Origin: a virus
Reading direction: 5' to 3' (one strand)
Virus record (IMG/VR): IMGVR_UViG_3300028920_000049
DNA length: 64,000 bases
Part shown: piece after piece, positions 10,104 through 19,709 of the stretch
Numbering within the stretch: position 1 is the first letter of the stretch
Layout: every line of letters starts with the position of its first letter
Made by a program: the position numbers and the translations under genes
The notes under the pieces: model-generated
Told to the model about the DNA's origin: nothing
Databases searched by the model: none
What the model saw: the letters and a program-made list of their open reading frames with translations, nothing else

Positions 10104-11000
10104 CTACATCTCAATCATGCCAAATCGTGATGGCTTTTGGGGTCCTTCCTGAATAACATCTAGTCCGGACTGTCTCTCGTCAACTTTGATTTTGAACTTT
10201 GTCCACATCCACAACTGTATCTTCCACCAGCGTGGAATCTTTCCAATTTCATAGTCATAGTGTAGAGAGTAGTTAATTTTAGCTTGATGTTCTGCTACTA
10301 TGGCTGATCCCCAGTGAGGAAACAGCCAAGTATTTGGTTTATTTGCGGTAGAGAAATAATCTACTTCAATTAGAATGGCGTCGTTGAGATGCTTTCCTAG
10401 GTTTATTCCACGATAGTAGCCAGACAGCTGTCTTCCCAGAAAAAGATAAATTTTCTGGTTTGGATACTGACGCTTTCTTAGAGCTATTTCTTCTCTGATG
10501 GCGGGATCGCTCTTAGTGTCAATTAGGTTAGCGTGATGTAGCGCATCAATAAATCGATAGTTGTGATAGTTTCTAAAAGACCCTAAAGTATTTCGCCAGT
10601 TGAAGGTGAATGAACTCAGTTGAGAAGCGCAAGAAATACGTTTATGGTCTTCTTTTGTAGACGAATAGTCCATTCTGGCCCAAGACCTTCTGAAAGCATC
10701 AGATTTTCTGTTCCAGAAATAGTCACTATTGTTCTGAATGGAGTGTCTTCGAAATTCTATTTCTCGCGTACCTCCGTTATATATACTCGGTTTTAGCGTC
10801 GCATCTCGAAATAAATAAGCAACTGTTGAATCTGACATATCCGGGATAGTAGTATCGTCATAAAGCCATGCCCGGATGGACTTTGCCACATTTTCAGGAA
10901 ATCTATATGGACTTTCTATTTCTAGACTGTCCATATAGATCCTGAGTTCTTCCTCTGTGGGAAGCTTTGTATCTTGCAGGTGATCTGTCTTTGGCGGCAT
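10104..11000 (-). CDS. hypothetical protein
   Basis: Likely start MPPKTD at 11000; the track ORF extends into the upstream gene. Confidence 0.6.
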   Translation of the reverse strand: MPPKTDHLQDTKLPTEEELRIYMDSLEIESPYRFPENVAKSIRAWLYDDTTIPDMSDSTVAYLFRDATLKPSIYNGGTREIEFRRHSIQNNSDYFWNRKSDAFRRSWARMDYSSTKEDHKRISCASQLSSFTFNWRNTLGSFRNYHNYRFIDALHHANLIDTKSDPAIREEIALRKRQYPNQKIYLFLGRQLSGYYRGINLGKHLNDAILIEVDYFSTANKPNTWLFPHWGSAIVAEHQAKINYSLHYDYEIGKIPRWWKIQLWMWTKFKIKVDERQSGLDVIQEGPQKPSRFGMIEM

Positions 11001-11007
11001 AGGGTTC

Positions 11008-11250
11008 CTACCCTGAATGAACCATGTCTTTGACAGTTTCGATCGAGTTCCGGAACTCCCTGATATTTCCTTCGAGATCTCCATTCATGTACTGCATGAT
11101 GGTCTCTCTCAGTTCGGGAGTGTCTACGAAGTGAAATCGTTTGACTCTCCCGCTCGGGCCTTCCGAAGTCGTCTCCTGAATCTTGTACTTACAAGAGATC
11201 AGGACTGCTGTCAGATAAAAATCCGTAGTGGAATAGGTTCCTTCAGCCAT
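11008..11250 (-). CDS. small protein, DUF5659-like
   Basis: YSTTDFYLTAVL...RVKRFHF pattern, recalled family resemblance. Confidence 0.5.
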   Translation of the reverse strand: MAEGTYSTTDFYLTAVLISCKYKIQETTSEGPSGRVKRFHFVDTPELRETIMQYMNGDLEGNIREFRNSIETVKDMVHSG

Positions 11251-11252
11251 TC

Positions 11253-11447
11253 TTACTTTCCTGTATTGATATAGTCCGGTAGAACGTCTGGCACATGATA
11301 CTCATGAGTATGCTGTGTCTCCAGAGTCTGGTTGGACCGCGTCAAAACTTCGGTAATATCGGTGCACTTGCCGCCTTGCACACCTTCTACCTCAAATTCC
11401 ATCTCATTAGTCTCGGGGTCGATGACCACTGTTACTTTCTTTGACAT
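11253..11447 (-). CDS. DUF2997 family protein
   Basis: VTVVIDPETNEMEFEVEGVQGGKCTDIT; sits in the usual position after DUF1257. Confidence 0.7.
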   Translation of the reverse strand: MSKKVTVVIDPETNEMEFEVEGVQGGKCTDITEVLTRSNQTLETQHTHEYHVPDVLPDYINTGK

Positions 11448-11460
11448 TTTTCATCTCCTC

Positions 11461-11862
11461 TTATGCATAGCTTTCAAAGACCATGCGGATTTTGCCATCG
11501 GCTCCAACCTTACCTTCTGGATTGCTACTGCAATAGAAGTGGTTCTTGGTGAGCTCGCCCTTCGCCTGCTCTACGGCATAGCCGCTTGACAGCTCTTTGG
11601 TGAACTTCTTATTCCCGTTGGAACCGTAGTACTTCCTGAGTGACCGATCACCATGGTAGAAGTCTCCGACCATAGCCCAGGTGCCATCCTTCTGACGCTG
11701 GAGACCCACGGCCTTATCGACACGCAGTTCTGCCTTCTCAGAGGTGCCATACTGGCTGATGGTAAAGTTACCTTCCTCAACGGTGAGACCCATCCGCTCG
11801 AGCGCCTTCTTGACGTACTCTTTGCTGGTGAGCTTGGTTCGAACACGAGTGAAATGACTCAT
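11461..11862 (-). CDS. DUF1257 (Ycf35-like) protein
   Basis: N-terminal MSHFTRVRTKL...KKALERMG and GLQRQKDGTWAMVGDF. Confidence 0.75.
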   Translation of the reverse strand: MSHFTRVRTKLTSKEYVKKALERMGLTVEEGNFTISQYGTSEKAELRVDKAVGLQRQKDGTWAMVGDFYHGDRSLRKYYGSNGNKKFTKELSSGYAVEQAKGELTKNHFYCSSNPEGKVGADGKIRMVFESYA

Positions 11863-11873
11863 CTTTCTCTCCT

Positions 11874-13667
11874 TTAGTTCTCTTTAGATATTTCTTCGAA
11901 GCGGTTACCCAACTTCTTCTTAGCCTTCTCATGCCTCTTCTTAGACGTAGTGGCTATTTCATCCATATTATCAAGTGCATCGTCCAGGTCAAGCTTTTTG
12001 CCCTTGCTGGTCTTGATTTCGTGCTTGCCGGCCTGCTCCTCAGCCCAGGAGCTAGCATAGGTATAGCTACCCTTGGCCTTATCTCGGAGCTTGCTGATCT
12101 TGGCTCCCATCACCTTGGAGATTGGCTTGGTCTCTGCCAGAGTCTTGAGAACGTTTGTGGTCTCCAGATCTTTCTGGTTGGCGTGGAAAGCTGCTGCAAT
12201 AGCATCCTTGACCGCCTTCTCAATCTCAGCGCCTGTGAAGCCATCAGTGGCTGTCAGAAGCTTGCTCTTGTCCTTCTCGAAACTCTTGATGTCTCGCCCG
12301 CGTTTTCTCAGATGGATCGCCAAGATGTCCCAGCGCTCATCTGGTCCAGGGAGGTCTACGAAAAAGACCTCATTGAACCTGCGGATGAACTCTGGTGGCA
12401 GCGCATTGATGTCGTTCGCTGTGGCTACAATGGTGACGCCCTTCAGGCCCTCTTCCATCGCGGTCAATAGCGTACCGAACACACGGCTAAGAGTACCACC
12501 ATCACTAAAGTTGGAACTCTTGGTACCGCTGAGTGCCTTCTCCACCTCATCGATCCAGCCGATGCAAGGAGCCATGGCCTCTAGCTGACCAATGACCTGC
12601 CTCATCTTCTCCTCAGATCCACCTACCAGACCTGTCATTACCTTGCCTACGTCGATACGTAGACCAGGTAGCTTCCAGGCTGACATGATAGCCTTAGCTA
12701 GAAGAGACTTGCCTGTTCCAGGGATTCCTGTGAGGAGCATCCCCTTCAGAGGCTCTACTCCAAAGTCTTTGGCTTCATCTGTCCACTGGCGTGAGTACCT
12801 GTTGAGATACTCCTTGGCATGGTCCATTCCGCCGACATCTTCCATGCCTACTGGCTGGTCGATGAACTCCAGAATCTGGTTCTTCTTGATGATCTGACGC
12901 TTTGCAGCAATCAGTCTCTGGACGTTCAGCTCCTGCATATGAGTGACTGATGTAGAGATTGCGTCATCTACTTCGATCATGGTCAGACCGGTCAGGGCGC
13001 GGGTGCACTCTTGGACCTCCATGTCATTGTAGGTGAGCCTGGTATCCTTGTGCTTCTGGCTTCTGTCGCTCTTCTTCATGTGCTGGATAGCTTCTCGCAC
13101 ACGAACTTCGATCTGATCTGGCCTTGGAAGCTCATAGTTTACCACAGTGATCTGCTTCTCGAGATTCGGCGGGAGACCCTGGATTGCTCCACCGCCTCCG
13201 TGAGCTAGCACGGGGCCAGTGATGATGAGGGTCTTGCCAGTGTTGATCAGATGCTCATACATGTCTCTGATTTGCCGAGTGATCGGTTCGGTCAGTGCCA
13301 TGTAGAAGTCACGCATCACATACACGATGCCTTTGACATCATTGTTTTGTGGCTTCATCTTGACGATGTGTTCCAGAGCAATAGGTGGCTGGAATGTTTC
13401 AGATTCCTCGCCAGTAGCTCTCATCCCCTGGCTGTCCATGTACTGGTTCTGTCTGATGAGGCCCTGATAGATAGACCACAGCCATACCTGCCTTGCATTG
13501 GGCTCGGCAACTGTATTGACGAAATCGTCAATGAATCTGCCCTCTTCATGGGTAACAACCCAGATGATTGGCACTCGGGCTTTGATCAACGCCAGGACTT
13601 CTTCCATAGTATTATGGAAGCGGTGGTCCTTGACCTCCTGGGTCTGGTTGGTTGCTTGCTCGGACAT
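11874..13667 (-). CDS. Ycf46-like AAA+ ATPase
   Basis: ARVPIIWVVTHEEGR, Walker A GIPGTGKS, Walker B WIDEVEK and LPPEFIRRFNEVFFVDLP. Confidence 0.9.
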   Translation of the reverse strand: MSEQATNQTQEVKDHRFHNTMEEVLALIKARVPIIWVVTHEEGRFIDDFVNTVAEPNARQVWLWSIYQGLIRQNQYMDSQGMRATGEESETFQPPIALEHIVKMKPQNNDVKGIVYVMRDFYMALTEPITRQIRDMYEHLINTGKTLIITGPVLAHGGGGAIQGLPPNLEKQITVVNYELPRPDQIEVRVREAIQHMKKSDRSQKHKDTRLTYNDMEVQECTRALTGLTMIEVDDAISTSVTHMQELNVQRLIAAKRQIIKKNQILEFIDQPVGMEDVGGMDHAKEYLNRYSRQWTDEAKDFGVEPLKGMLLTGIPGTGKSLLAKAIMSAWKLPGLRIDVGKVMTGLVGGSEEKMRQVIGQLEAMAPCIGWIDEVEKALSGTKSSNFSDGGTLSRVFGTLLTAMEEGLKGVTIVATANDINALPPEFIRRFNEVFFVDLPGPDERWDILAIHLRKRGRDIKSFEKDKSKLLTATDGFTGAEIEKAVKDAIAAAFHANQKDLETTNVLKTLAETKPISKVMGAKISKLRDKAKGSYTYASSWAEEQAGKHEIKTSKGKKLDLDDALDNMDEIATTSKKRHEKAKKKLGNRFEEISKEN

Positions 13668-13771
13668 TTCTGTCTCCTCTTTCTACTTTTTGTTTTATTA
13701 ACCCAACGTATGAGTTGAGTCGTGTATCCAGCTCTGCAATTCCTTCTTCTACTACACGTCGTGCAGCTTCA

Positions 13772-14401
13772 CTAAGGATTACCTTTCCGAATAAAGCTAG
13801 ACTTTGGTACAAGTTCGAACTCCCTAATCTTGAGAGTCTCCATTGCTGCCCGGATGAAAAAGAGTTCAACGAACGTTAAGTTTACATCTGCTGTACCCTC
13901 TTCAGGCTCCAAAGATAAACGTACTTTGAGTCCATCCTTGGTAACCCCTTCCCAGGCCTGCACCCCCTGTTCGTTCATAGCAGTTTCGAGCTGCTGTAGG
14001 ACTTGCTGGGAGGTCAGATCAGGCAGGGACTCCTCTTTAACAACGTTTACTTGACGCTCTTCAGCGCATATACTTGCACCGCTCGGGTCCCCTGAGTTCA
14101 GGGCACCCTTTAACTTGAGCAGTTTTTCATAAGCAAGCTCTCTCTCAGCTTCGTCACCATAGTCCGAGGCCAATCTATCTACATCTGGGAACTCTATCTT
14201 GACATAGCTCGGCTTGTCTTTTGCTTCTGTTACTCGCCAATGCTCGCCAAAGAAGAACACTACGTCCTCGCCGTTATGGATGGCATCATAGTTTTGCAGG
14301 TCGTAGATGTCCACAGCCTGTTCAGTAACTAGCCCTACCATTTGGCGGATCAGTTCGTGGTTATTAGAATTGAGGTTGAACCCGTATGCTATGAAGCGCA
14401 T
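13772..14401 (-). CDS. hypothetical protein
   Basis: 209-aa ORF coupled to the upstream stop. Confidence 0.6.
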   Translation of the reverse strand: MRFIAYGFNLNSNNHELIRQMVGLVTEQAVDIYDLQNYDAIHNGEDVVFFFGEHWRVTEAKDKPSYVKIEFPDVDRLASDYGDEAERELAYEKLLKLKGALNSGDPSGASICAEERQVNVVKEESLPDLTSQQVLQQLETAMNEQGVQAWEGVTKDGLKVRLSLEPEEGTADVNLTFVELFFIRAAMETLKIREFELVPKSSFIRKGNP

Positions 14402-15033
14402 TACTCCCCCATGATGGCGGCAAATCTGTTCCTAGCTGTCCTGTCCAATGGAGCAAAAAGGGCTTCACCATAACTGAGGATGACCTTGCACTGCCAGTAG
14501 CGCCCATGTACTTCCGCTCTCGTTTTTAGGATGGCTCCCCCTGTAAACATGGAAATGTTCTTGCTTACGGGACCAGAAATCCTTCCTGGGATAAATCCCA
14601 GGTCTCTGCCGTCCAGCGAATGCAGAGGGCTATCCGGGTCAGCGACTAGCCGTATCATTGTGGCATTTGGGTCGAATTGATTATCGAGGACATGAACCAG
14701 CTCGATGCTATGTGTGCCCTGTTTTCCAAATGGATATAGCTGGTCTTCTGTGCCCCGCCAGACTGCTGCTTCCCAGATTAGTCGGTGTACCTCTTGACGA
14801 GACACCCCATCTGCTGTTGATGGCTTGGTAAATCCAGCAGGGTATAGCTCGAGTACTCCCTTGTCAGGCTGGTCATGAATAGCCCCTCTACTCTTCTTCT
14901 TCTCGCGGAAAGCGTGAGACTCCATGCCTAGAGGGCTGGGTTTTTCATACTGAACTTCAGTCTTCTGAATCCTTCTCCCCATCTTCTTCACTTTCATCTC
15001 CTTCACCGTTGAGGATATCTTGCAAATCGTCAT
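14401..15033 (-). CDS. HIRAN-like domain protein
   Basis: LDNQFDPNAT...DLGFIPG resembles the HIRAN N-x-x-D-x-NA and LGYIP motifs. True start probably 14982 or 14997. Confidence 0.5.
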   Translation of the reverse strand: MTICKISSTVKEMKVKKMGRRIQKTEVQYEKPSPLGMESHAFREKKKSRGAIHDQPDKGVLELYPAGFTKPSTADGVSRQEVHRLIWEAAVWRGTEDQLYPFGKQGTHSIELVHVLDNQFDPNATMIRLVADPDSPLHSLDGRDLGFIPGRISGPVSKNISMFTGGAILKTRAEVHGRYWQCKVILSYGEALFAPLDRTARNRFAAIMGE

Positions 15034-15613
15034 CAGTGATGTGTCCTTGGGCTCTTAGCTCCTCCAGTACTTCCCTAGGATTTGCACCAGCTAGGCTTGC
15101 CAGAGTAGCCACTGAATTGGCCTTGGACTTTCTGTGAATCTCTTCTATCTCTTCGTCTGACACAGGCTCTTCGAACGTGTAGATCTTAAGTTCTTCCTTC
15201 TGGATGAACTTCAGGATCAAGAGTCCGATAGCCATCATCTGAACAAAAGCTGCACGAGTCAGCTCGTTGGATAGATGGAATGCAGTGGCTCTGATGCCGA
15301 TCATGCGACCTAGGCCGCTGACGACTGACTGAGCCATAAGGGGCATAATCTGTTCATTGAACTGATTCCCCTCTTTGTCTTCCATCTTGTCCTTGCTGTA
15401 GTGGAGTAGCTGCTGGATAACATCCTTCAGCTCTACGGTGTCACCATCTGCGTCTCTGAGCTCGACTACGGTCTTGACCTTACGTCTCTTGTTGATCATG
15501 ACCATCGAGAACAGGTCTTCTGGGTCTACGTGGTCTTCTCCACCAGTATAGAGTTCTTCCAACTCTTCGTCGTCCCAGTTCTCTTCCCAGTCATCTTGCC
15601 AATCTTCGTTCAT
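14957..15613 (-). CDS. hypothetical acidic protein
   Basis: 218-aa ORF with an AGGA RBS. Confidence 0.6.
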   Translation of the reverse strand: MNEDWQDDWEENWDDEELEELYTGGEDHVDPEDLFSMVMINKRRKVKTVVELRDADGDTVELKDVIQQLLHYSKDKMEDKEGNQFNEQIMPLMAQSVVSGLGRMIGIRATAFHLSNELTRAAFVQMMAIGLLILKFIQKEELKIYTFEEPVSDEEIEEIHRKSKANSVATLASLAGANPREVLEELRAQGHITDDDLQDILNGEGDESEEDGEKDSED

Positions 15614-15630
15614 CTCATCTTCCTTTCCTA

Positions 15631-16479
15631 TTAAGGATTGGTTAGTTCTGTGAGTGGGCCAGCTCTGTGTCTCATGATGGCCCAGATTGCGCGGACATTC
15701 TCTAGGTGTTCCCTGTCGCCGATGGGATAGTCCAGCACATCTTCGTACCCTTCCACCTCGAGGGTGGCTTTATTTCTAATAGTGCGCATGATCATCTTAT
15801 ATCTTGCTAGCTGACCATGAGTGGCCTCTTTTTTGAGGTCTCGCATTAGCGCATGTAGGTATAGTACGTCACCTACTATGTATTCCTTTTGCTTGGCACT
15901 GAGTTTTCCATCCCAGTTATACGTGCCCAGGTAAGGTAGGCTGATCCCATACCTGGATTTTACCAAGTGTGCTAGTCCTGCCTTTATGCCTGGGTAGATC
16001 AATTTGTGCAGAGTTTTAGTACACTCTACTTTCCCCATTACATCAATAGCCATCCACCTTTTGATGAATCTCAGGTCGAACAGCGCATGATGAAAAATCT
16101 TGGTCGAGTATGCATGTAGTAATAGGGCCTGTAACCACCTACTGTGGGCGTCAGGTTCTCTGATGACATAACATCGGGCATCTGAGGTAGAGATCTGCAC
16201 TAATCTCAGTTTGTCTGATAGCCAGTTGAGTCCGTCTGTCTCAGTATCGACTGCCAGGTATTCACGTTTAGCTAGGCTGTGATACAGCCTCTTGTCAATG
16301 TCCTGCTCGAGAATTCTTAGTGTCTTGGCACGTCTAACTCGTCTTGTGCGAGGTAGTTTGCTTTCTTTAGTGCCTGGGTGCTGTTCCTTGGTCTCCACAC
16401 GAACCTCACCTCTACTGGTAGTCTCTCCACGAACTCTAGAATTATGTCTCTTTTGTTTCTTAGCGACTCGTCGCGGCAT
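15631..16479 (-). CDS. DnaQ-superfamily 3'-5' exonuclease (RNase D / PolA-exo-like)
   Basis: ExoI AVDTET, ExoII HHALFDL, ExoIII YIVGDV. Start uncertain because of a 163-nt overlap with RNase H. Confidence 0.8.
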   Translation of the reverse strand: MPRRVAKKQKRHNSRVRGETTSRGEVRVETKEQHPGTKESKLPRTRRVRRAKTLRILEQDIDKRLYHSLAKREYLAVDTETDGLNWLSDKLRLVQISTSDARCYVIREPDAHSRWLQALLLHAYSTKIFHHALFDLRFIKRWMAIDVMGKVECTKTLHKLIYPGIKAGLAHLVKSRYGISLPYLGTYNWDGKLSAKQKEYIVGDVLYLHALMRDLKKEATHGQLARYKMIMRTIRNKATLEVEGYEDVLDYPIGDREHLENVRAIWAIMRHRAGPLTELTNP

Positions 16480-16916
16480 TCCATTTCCTTATTCAGTTGT
16501 TCTATTGCCAGCCTACTGTCTGACCTCACCTCCACCATTGAGCCGGGGTTATTGTGTAGGTTGAACAATGACATCAAGGCGAAGTAGATAGCTTCATACT
16601 CTGCCTGATTGTTCGTTGTGGCCTTTGACTGTCTGCTCATTGAGAGTTCAGGTCTGTTGTCTGGGAATTCGATAACGATTCCTAGCGACGCGGGGCCACC
16701 GGGGTTCTTTTTGATTGAAGCATCACAAGACACAATAATGTGTGATCTAGTCAATGGTCTTTGTTCCCTTGTGGGCCTTACTCCTAAGGCTACGCAACTG
16801 ATTTCTGTTAGTACTTTTTGAGAGCTAACAAGCATATCAGCGCTGCTCATGTGCTCATAGATCATCTCTACGATAGTCTCGAGCCTGTCGTTTGCTTCTT
16901 TTCTTTCGAAATTCAT
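16317..16916 (-). CDS. rnhA: ribonuclease HI-like protein
   Basis: SCDASIKKNPG, TNNQAEYEAI, VRSDSRLAIEQL and WRPRN...ANYLAQ. Confidence 0.8.
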   Translation of the reverse strand: MNFERKEANDRLETIVEMIYEHMSSADMLVSSQKVLTEISCVALGVRPTREQRPLTRSHIIVSCDASIKKNPGGPASLGIVIEFPDNRPELSMSRQSKATTNNQAEYEAIYFALMSLFNLHNNPGSMVEVRSDSRLAIEQLNKEMECRDESLRNKRDIILEFVERLPVEVRFVWRPRNSTQALKKANYLAQDELDVPRH

Positions 16917-16953
16917 TTGATCTCCTGGATAGGTATGAGGACTGGGCGTCAGC

Positions 16954-17517
16954 TTACCAATTAAGTGCCTGTGGGATGGCCGCTTGTAGCAGTGCCCTAA
17001 GGGTCAAAGCTTCGGATCCATCTAGTGGCACTTCGTGCTTTCTCTCTTGCCCGCCGGACTGCTGGGTCATAGTGACCATGCAGCCCTTAGCAACACCTTT
17101 GGGAGAGTAAAGGCGCATGAATTTCTTCACTGTGCCTTGGGATTCACTCTTGGCACCCGGGTCGTGCATGAGACTAAGAGTCTCATTGCCTTTCGGGTCT
17201 GTTCCCATGGTTAGGAAGTAGAGAATTTGTCCCATGTCGCTGACTGAGAGGGCGAAAACGACCTTATTGTCCCAGTCATACACATTTTTATCTTTAGCGG
17301 ATGTGATGTTCAAAAACAGACATCCATCTCTTGAACTCCAGCCCTCTTTGAGCCTTCGTTTTCCGTCCACAACCTCATAGATGGACTCGCCGTCGCTGTC
17401 CTTCTCGTTGAAGGATTTTTCCTTCCCCTTGTAGTGGTGTGGTGCCTGGGGAGTGATTTGGATTGCTCCAAATTTACCTGTAACTCCCTTATATACAGCC
17501 CATTGCATTGGTAGCAT
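16954..17517 (-). CDS. Whirly-like ssDNA-binding protein
   Basis: VYKG, YDWDNKVVFALSVSDMGQI, HDPGAKSESQGTVKK and terminal PQALNW align by eye with plant WHY motifs. Confidence 0.75.
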   Translation of the reverse strand: MLPMQWAVYKGVTGKFGAIQITPQAPHHYKGKEKSFNEKDSDGESIYEVVDGKRRLKEGWSSRDGCLFLNITSAKDKNVYDWDNKVVFALSVSDMGQILYFLTMGTDPKGNETLSLMHDPGAKSESQGTVKKFMRLYSPKGVAKGCMVTMTQQSGGQERKHEVPLDGSEALTLRALLQAAIPQALNW

Positions 17518-17521
17518 TACA

Positions 17522-17692
17522 TTATTCCTCCTGAGTATCTTCGTTTAGCTGTATGCTTTTCCAGTCCTCATACCAAGTCTGGTTTGTAACAATTAAGCGT
17601 ATACACGTCTTGCTTACGCCAAACTGTTTTGCAAGTTCTATCTGTCTGCATTTCTTAGCAGCATATAGTTCTCTAATTTGTCTAGATCTAGC
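17522..17692 (-). pseudogene. startless HTH remnant carrying a duplicated gene 3' end
   Basis: In frame right after the stop at 17693: ARSRQIRELYAAKKCRQIELAKQFGVSKTCIRLIVTNQTWYEDWKSIQL. No start codon. Confidence 0.55.
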
Positions 17693-18022
17693 TTACTGTT
17701 TGGATTTGTCAATACTTTCAAGCTGTATGCTTTGCCAATCTGAATACCAAGATGTGACCGTCATCCCTTGTAACATGAGCGCTACGCCCAAGTGCTTCTT
17801 TTTATCGCTGCTGCCTGCATAGTAGAGTTTCTCTAGTTCCTCAGGCGACGGTCCTTTCTCTTTGTATCCAGCTATCGATGCCCCGAGAGTATAGCCAAGG
17901 TTGCCGTATAGAACCAAGAGTTCTCCGACAGTTAGCTTGCCCTCTTGAAGCATGTCTACGATCTTCTCATGAGCGTCTGACACTTTTTCCGGGCTGAATT
18001 CCAGAACTTTTTCCTTATCCAT
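17693..18022 (-). CDS. hypothetical protein
   Basis: Likely start MDKEKV at 18022. Confidence 0.6.
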   Translation of the reverse strand: MDKEKVLEFSPEKVSDAHEKIVDMLQEGKLTVGELLVLYGNLGYTLGASIAGYKEKGPSPEELEKLYYAGSSDKKKHLGVALMLQGMTVTSWYSDWQSIQLESIDKSKQ

Positions 18023-18209
18023 TTGGGCTCTCCAGGAAGTAACCTTTACACATGTCGCAGTAGAACATCGTTGTCGTGCTTTCTCTGCCATCTATTCCCT
18101 TGAGTGGGAAGCTTACTAATTTCAGGGGGTTTCTGCAGTCGGGACAGACCTTCTTGATCTCTCCCATCTCTATCGCTATCTCTCTGAATCTGCGCGTATC
18201 TGTCATCAC
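18015..18209 (-). CDS. small zinc-ribbon protein
   Basis: CPDC...CDMC; ATGA overlap with the upstream gene. Confidence 0.55.
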   Translation of the reverse strand: MMTDTRRFREIAIEMGEIKKVCPDCRNPLKLVSFPLKGIDGRESTTTMFYCDMCKGYFLESPNG

Positions 18210-18643
18210 ATCTCGATGCGGTCGAATCTGCTTGTCCCCGTACTACTAGACTGACCTGCCTCCTTCCGCCTCTTATCTATGAAGTCTTTGAGAGCGTTGT
18301 TGAGACTAGGGGTGCCGTCCATCTTCCTACTACCGTGACACCTGGGGTAGTCTGAGCAGCCCAGGAACTCTCCATACTGCCCCCTTCTCTGAGTCAGGTG
18401 ACATCCACAGATGGGGCAGACAGTCTGGTCTGAATAGCAGTATTGGTCTATATACTGCTGTATGATGGGGGGAACGCGAGATTGAAAGATTCTATCGAAG
18501 TCCCTTATCAGTGTTTGTAAGATTGCTGAGAGCTGCCTCGCTGTTGATGAAGAATAAATCGATGCTGCAGCATGTTGTGCGTGCAGTCTCCTTCTAAATC
18601 TTTCCACTGGTGACCCGTGCGGAGGTATCCTGCCTCGAGGCAT
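18206..18643 (-). CDS. topoisomerase-I-type C4 zinc finger protein
   Basis: [27 protein letters not shown]. Confidence 0.75.
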   Translation of the reverse strand: MPRGRIPPHGSPVERFRRRLHAQHAAASIYSSSTARQLSAILQTLIRDFDRIFQSRVPPIIQQYIDQYCYSDQTVCPICGCHLTQRRGQYGEFLGCSDYPRCHGSRKMDGTPSLNNALKDFIDKRRKEAGQSSSTGTSRFDRIEM

Positions 18644-18645
18644 GG

Positions 18646-19401
18646 CTATTCTTTCTTTCTTTTCTTCTTTGTCTTAGCTTTTCTAGTAGCCTTCTTGGGC
18701 TTCTTACTGCCCCTATCCTTTTTAGATACGAACACCTCGTCACAGAGGCCATGCTTGAGCATTTCCTCTGGTGTGAGCCAGTGGTCTGTGTCTAGGAGGA
18801 TGTGCTTTCGGATGTCCTCCTCAGTCCTGTACCTGCTGTGAGCAATGAGATGTCTAATTTCTCTCCTGTGCTCCATGTCCTCCGCTTTGCGCTGAGCTAC
18901 CAGGTCACTGTAGGTTCCCTGACTACCCCACGAGAACTGGTGAATCATTGCACATGAGTTGGGAGACATGATGCGCTCGTCACCAGCAATAAAAATACTG
19001 GTTGCCATAGAGCAAATCTCGCCCATGGCGATGGTCCTGATCTTCAGGTTAACAAAGGCCATCATGTCGATGAATGCCCAGCCTGCGTCGGTGTATCCGC
19101 CTGGGCTATTGATAATGATCTGAACTTCTTCTTTGAATTCTTTGTCGAAATGTAGTCTAAGTAGAGTACGTGTGGCTCGAGCTAGAGACTCTTTAGAGAT
19201 TTCGCCAGAGATCATAATGATCCCTCGATTTTCTAGGGATCCCATGTCTCGATTCAGCTGTGCAAAGTATTCAAAAGGGTTGACGAACTCTTCTTCGTCT
19301 TCTTCCTCTTCACCCTCCTGCGCCAGCCTTTCCATCTCTTGCATCAGTTTTCTGATAGCTTCGTCTTTAGCCCTGATGCCAGCCTCATGTAGCTTTGCCA
19401 T
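18646..19401 (-). CDS. clpP: ClpP-like protease subunit
   Basis: [17 protein letters not shown] (catalytic Ser), MIHQ (His) and [16 protein letters not shown]. Confidence 0.88.
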   Translation of the reverse strand: MAKLHEAGIRAKDEAIRKLMQEMERLAQEGEEEEDEEEFVNPFEYFAQLNRDMGSLENRGIIMISGEISKESLARATRTLLRLHFDKEFKEEVQIIINSPGGYTDAGWAFIDMMAFVNLKIRTIAMGEICSMATSIFIAGDERIMSPNSCAMIHQFSWGSQGTYSDLVAQRKAEDMEHRREIRHLIAHSRYRTEEDIRKHILLDTDHWLTPEEMLKHGLCDEVFVSKKDRGSKKPKKATRKAKTKKKRKKE

Positions 19402-19404
19402 TTA

Positions 19405-19635
19405 CTACTCTCCAAAACTGTCCATGTCTCCACAGAATACCTCTGTGGGCGCTTCGTCGGTGTCTGCTGGGTCATTCCCAGTTGTCTCTATCTGTTCGAT
19501 CACTTGCTCAGATAGAGCATCAATATAGCTGCAGATTTCGTCGTTTGGTTCACACCAACTCTCGACTACTCTCCATAGCTCTTCACTCAGTTCCGCTTTC
19601 AGTTGGTCCCTGTTCTCGCTCATCCTCTGGGGCAT
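19405..19635 (-). CDS. hypothetical protein
   Basis: 76-aa acidic ORF with a GAGG RBS. Confidence 0.5.
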   Translation of the reverse strand: MPQRMSENRDQLKAELSEELWRVVESWCEPNDEICSYIDALSEQVIEQIETTGNDPADTDEAPTEVFCGDMDSFGE

Positions 19636-19709
19636 CCTCTTCTATGTGTACTCGTGGGCGCTTATTTTCCTCTTCCTTCTTCTTCTTTTTGATCTTCTTT
19701 TTAAGGAAA

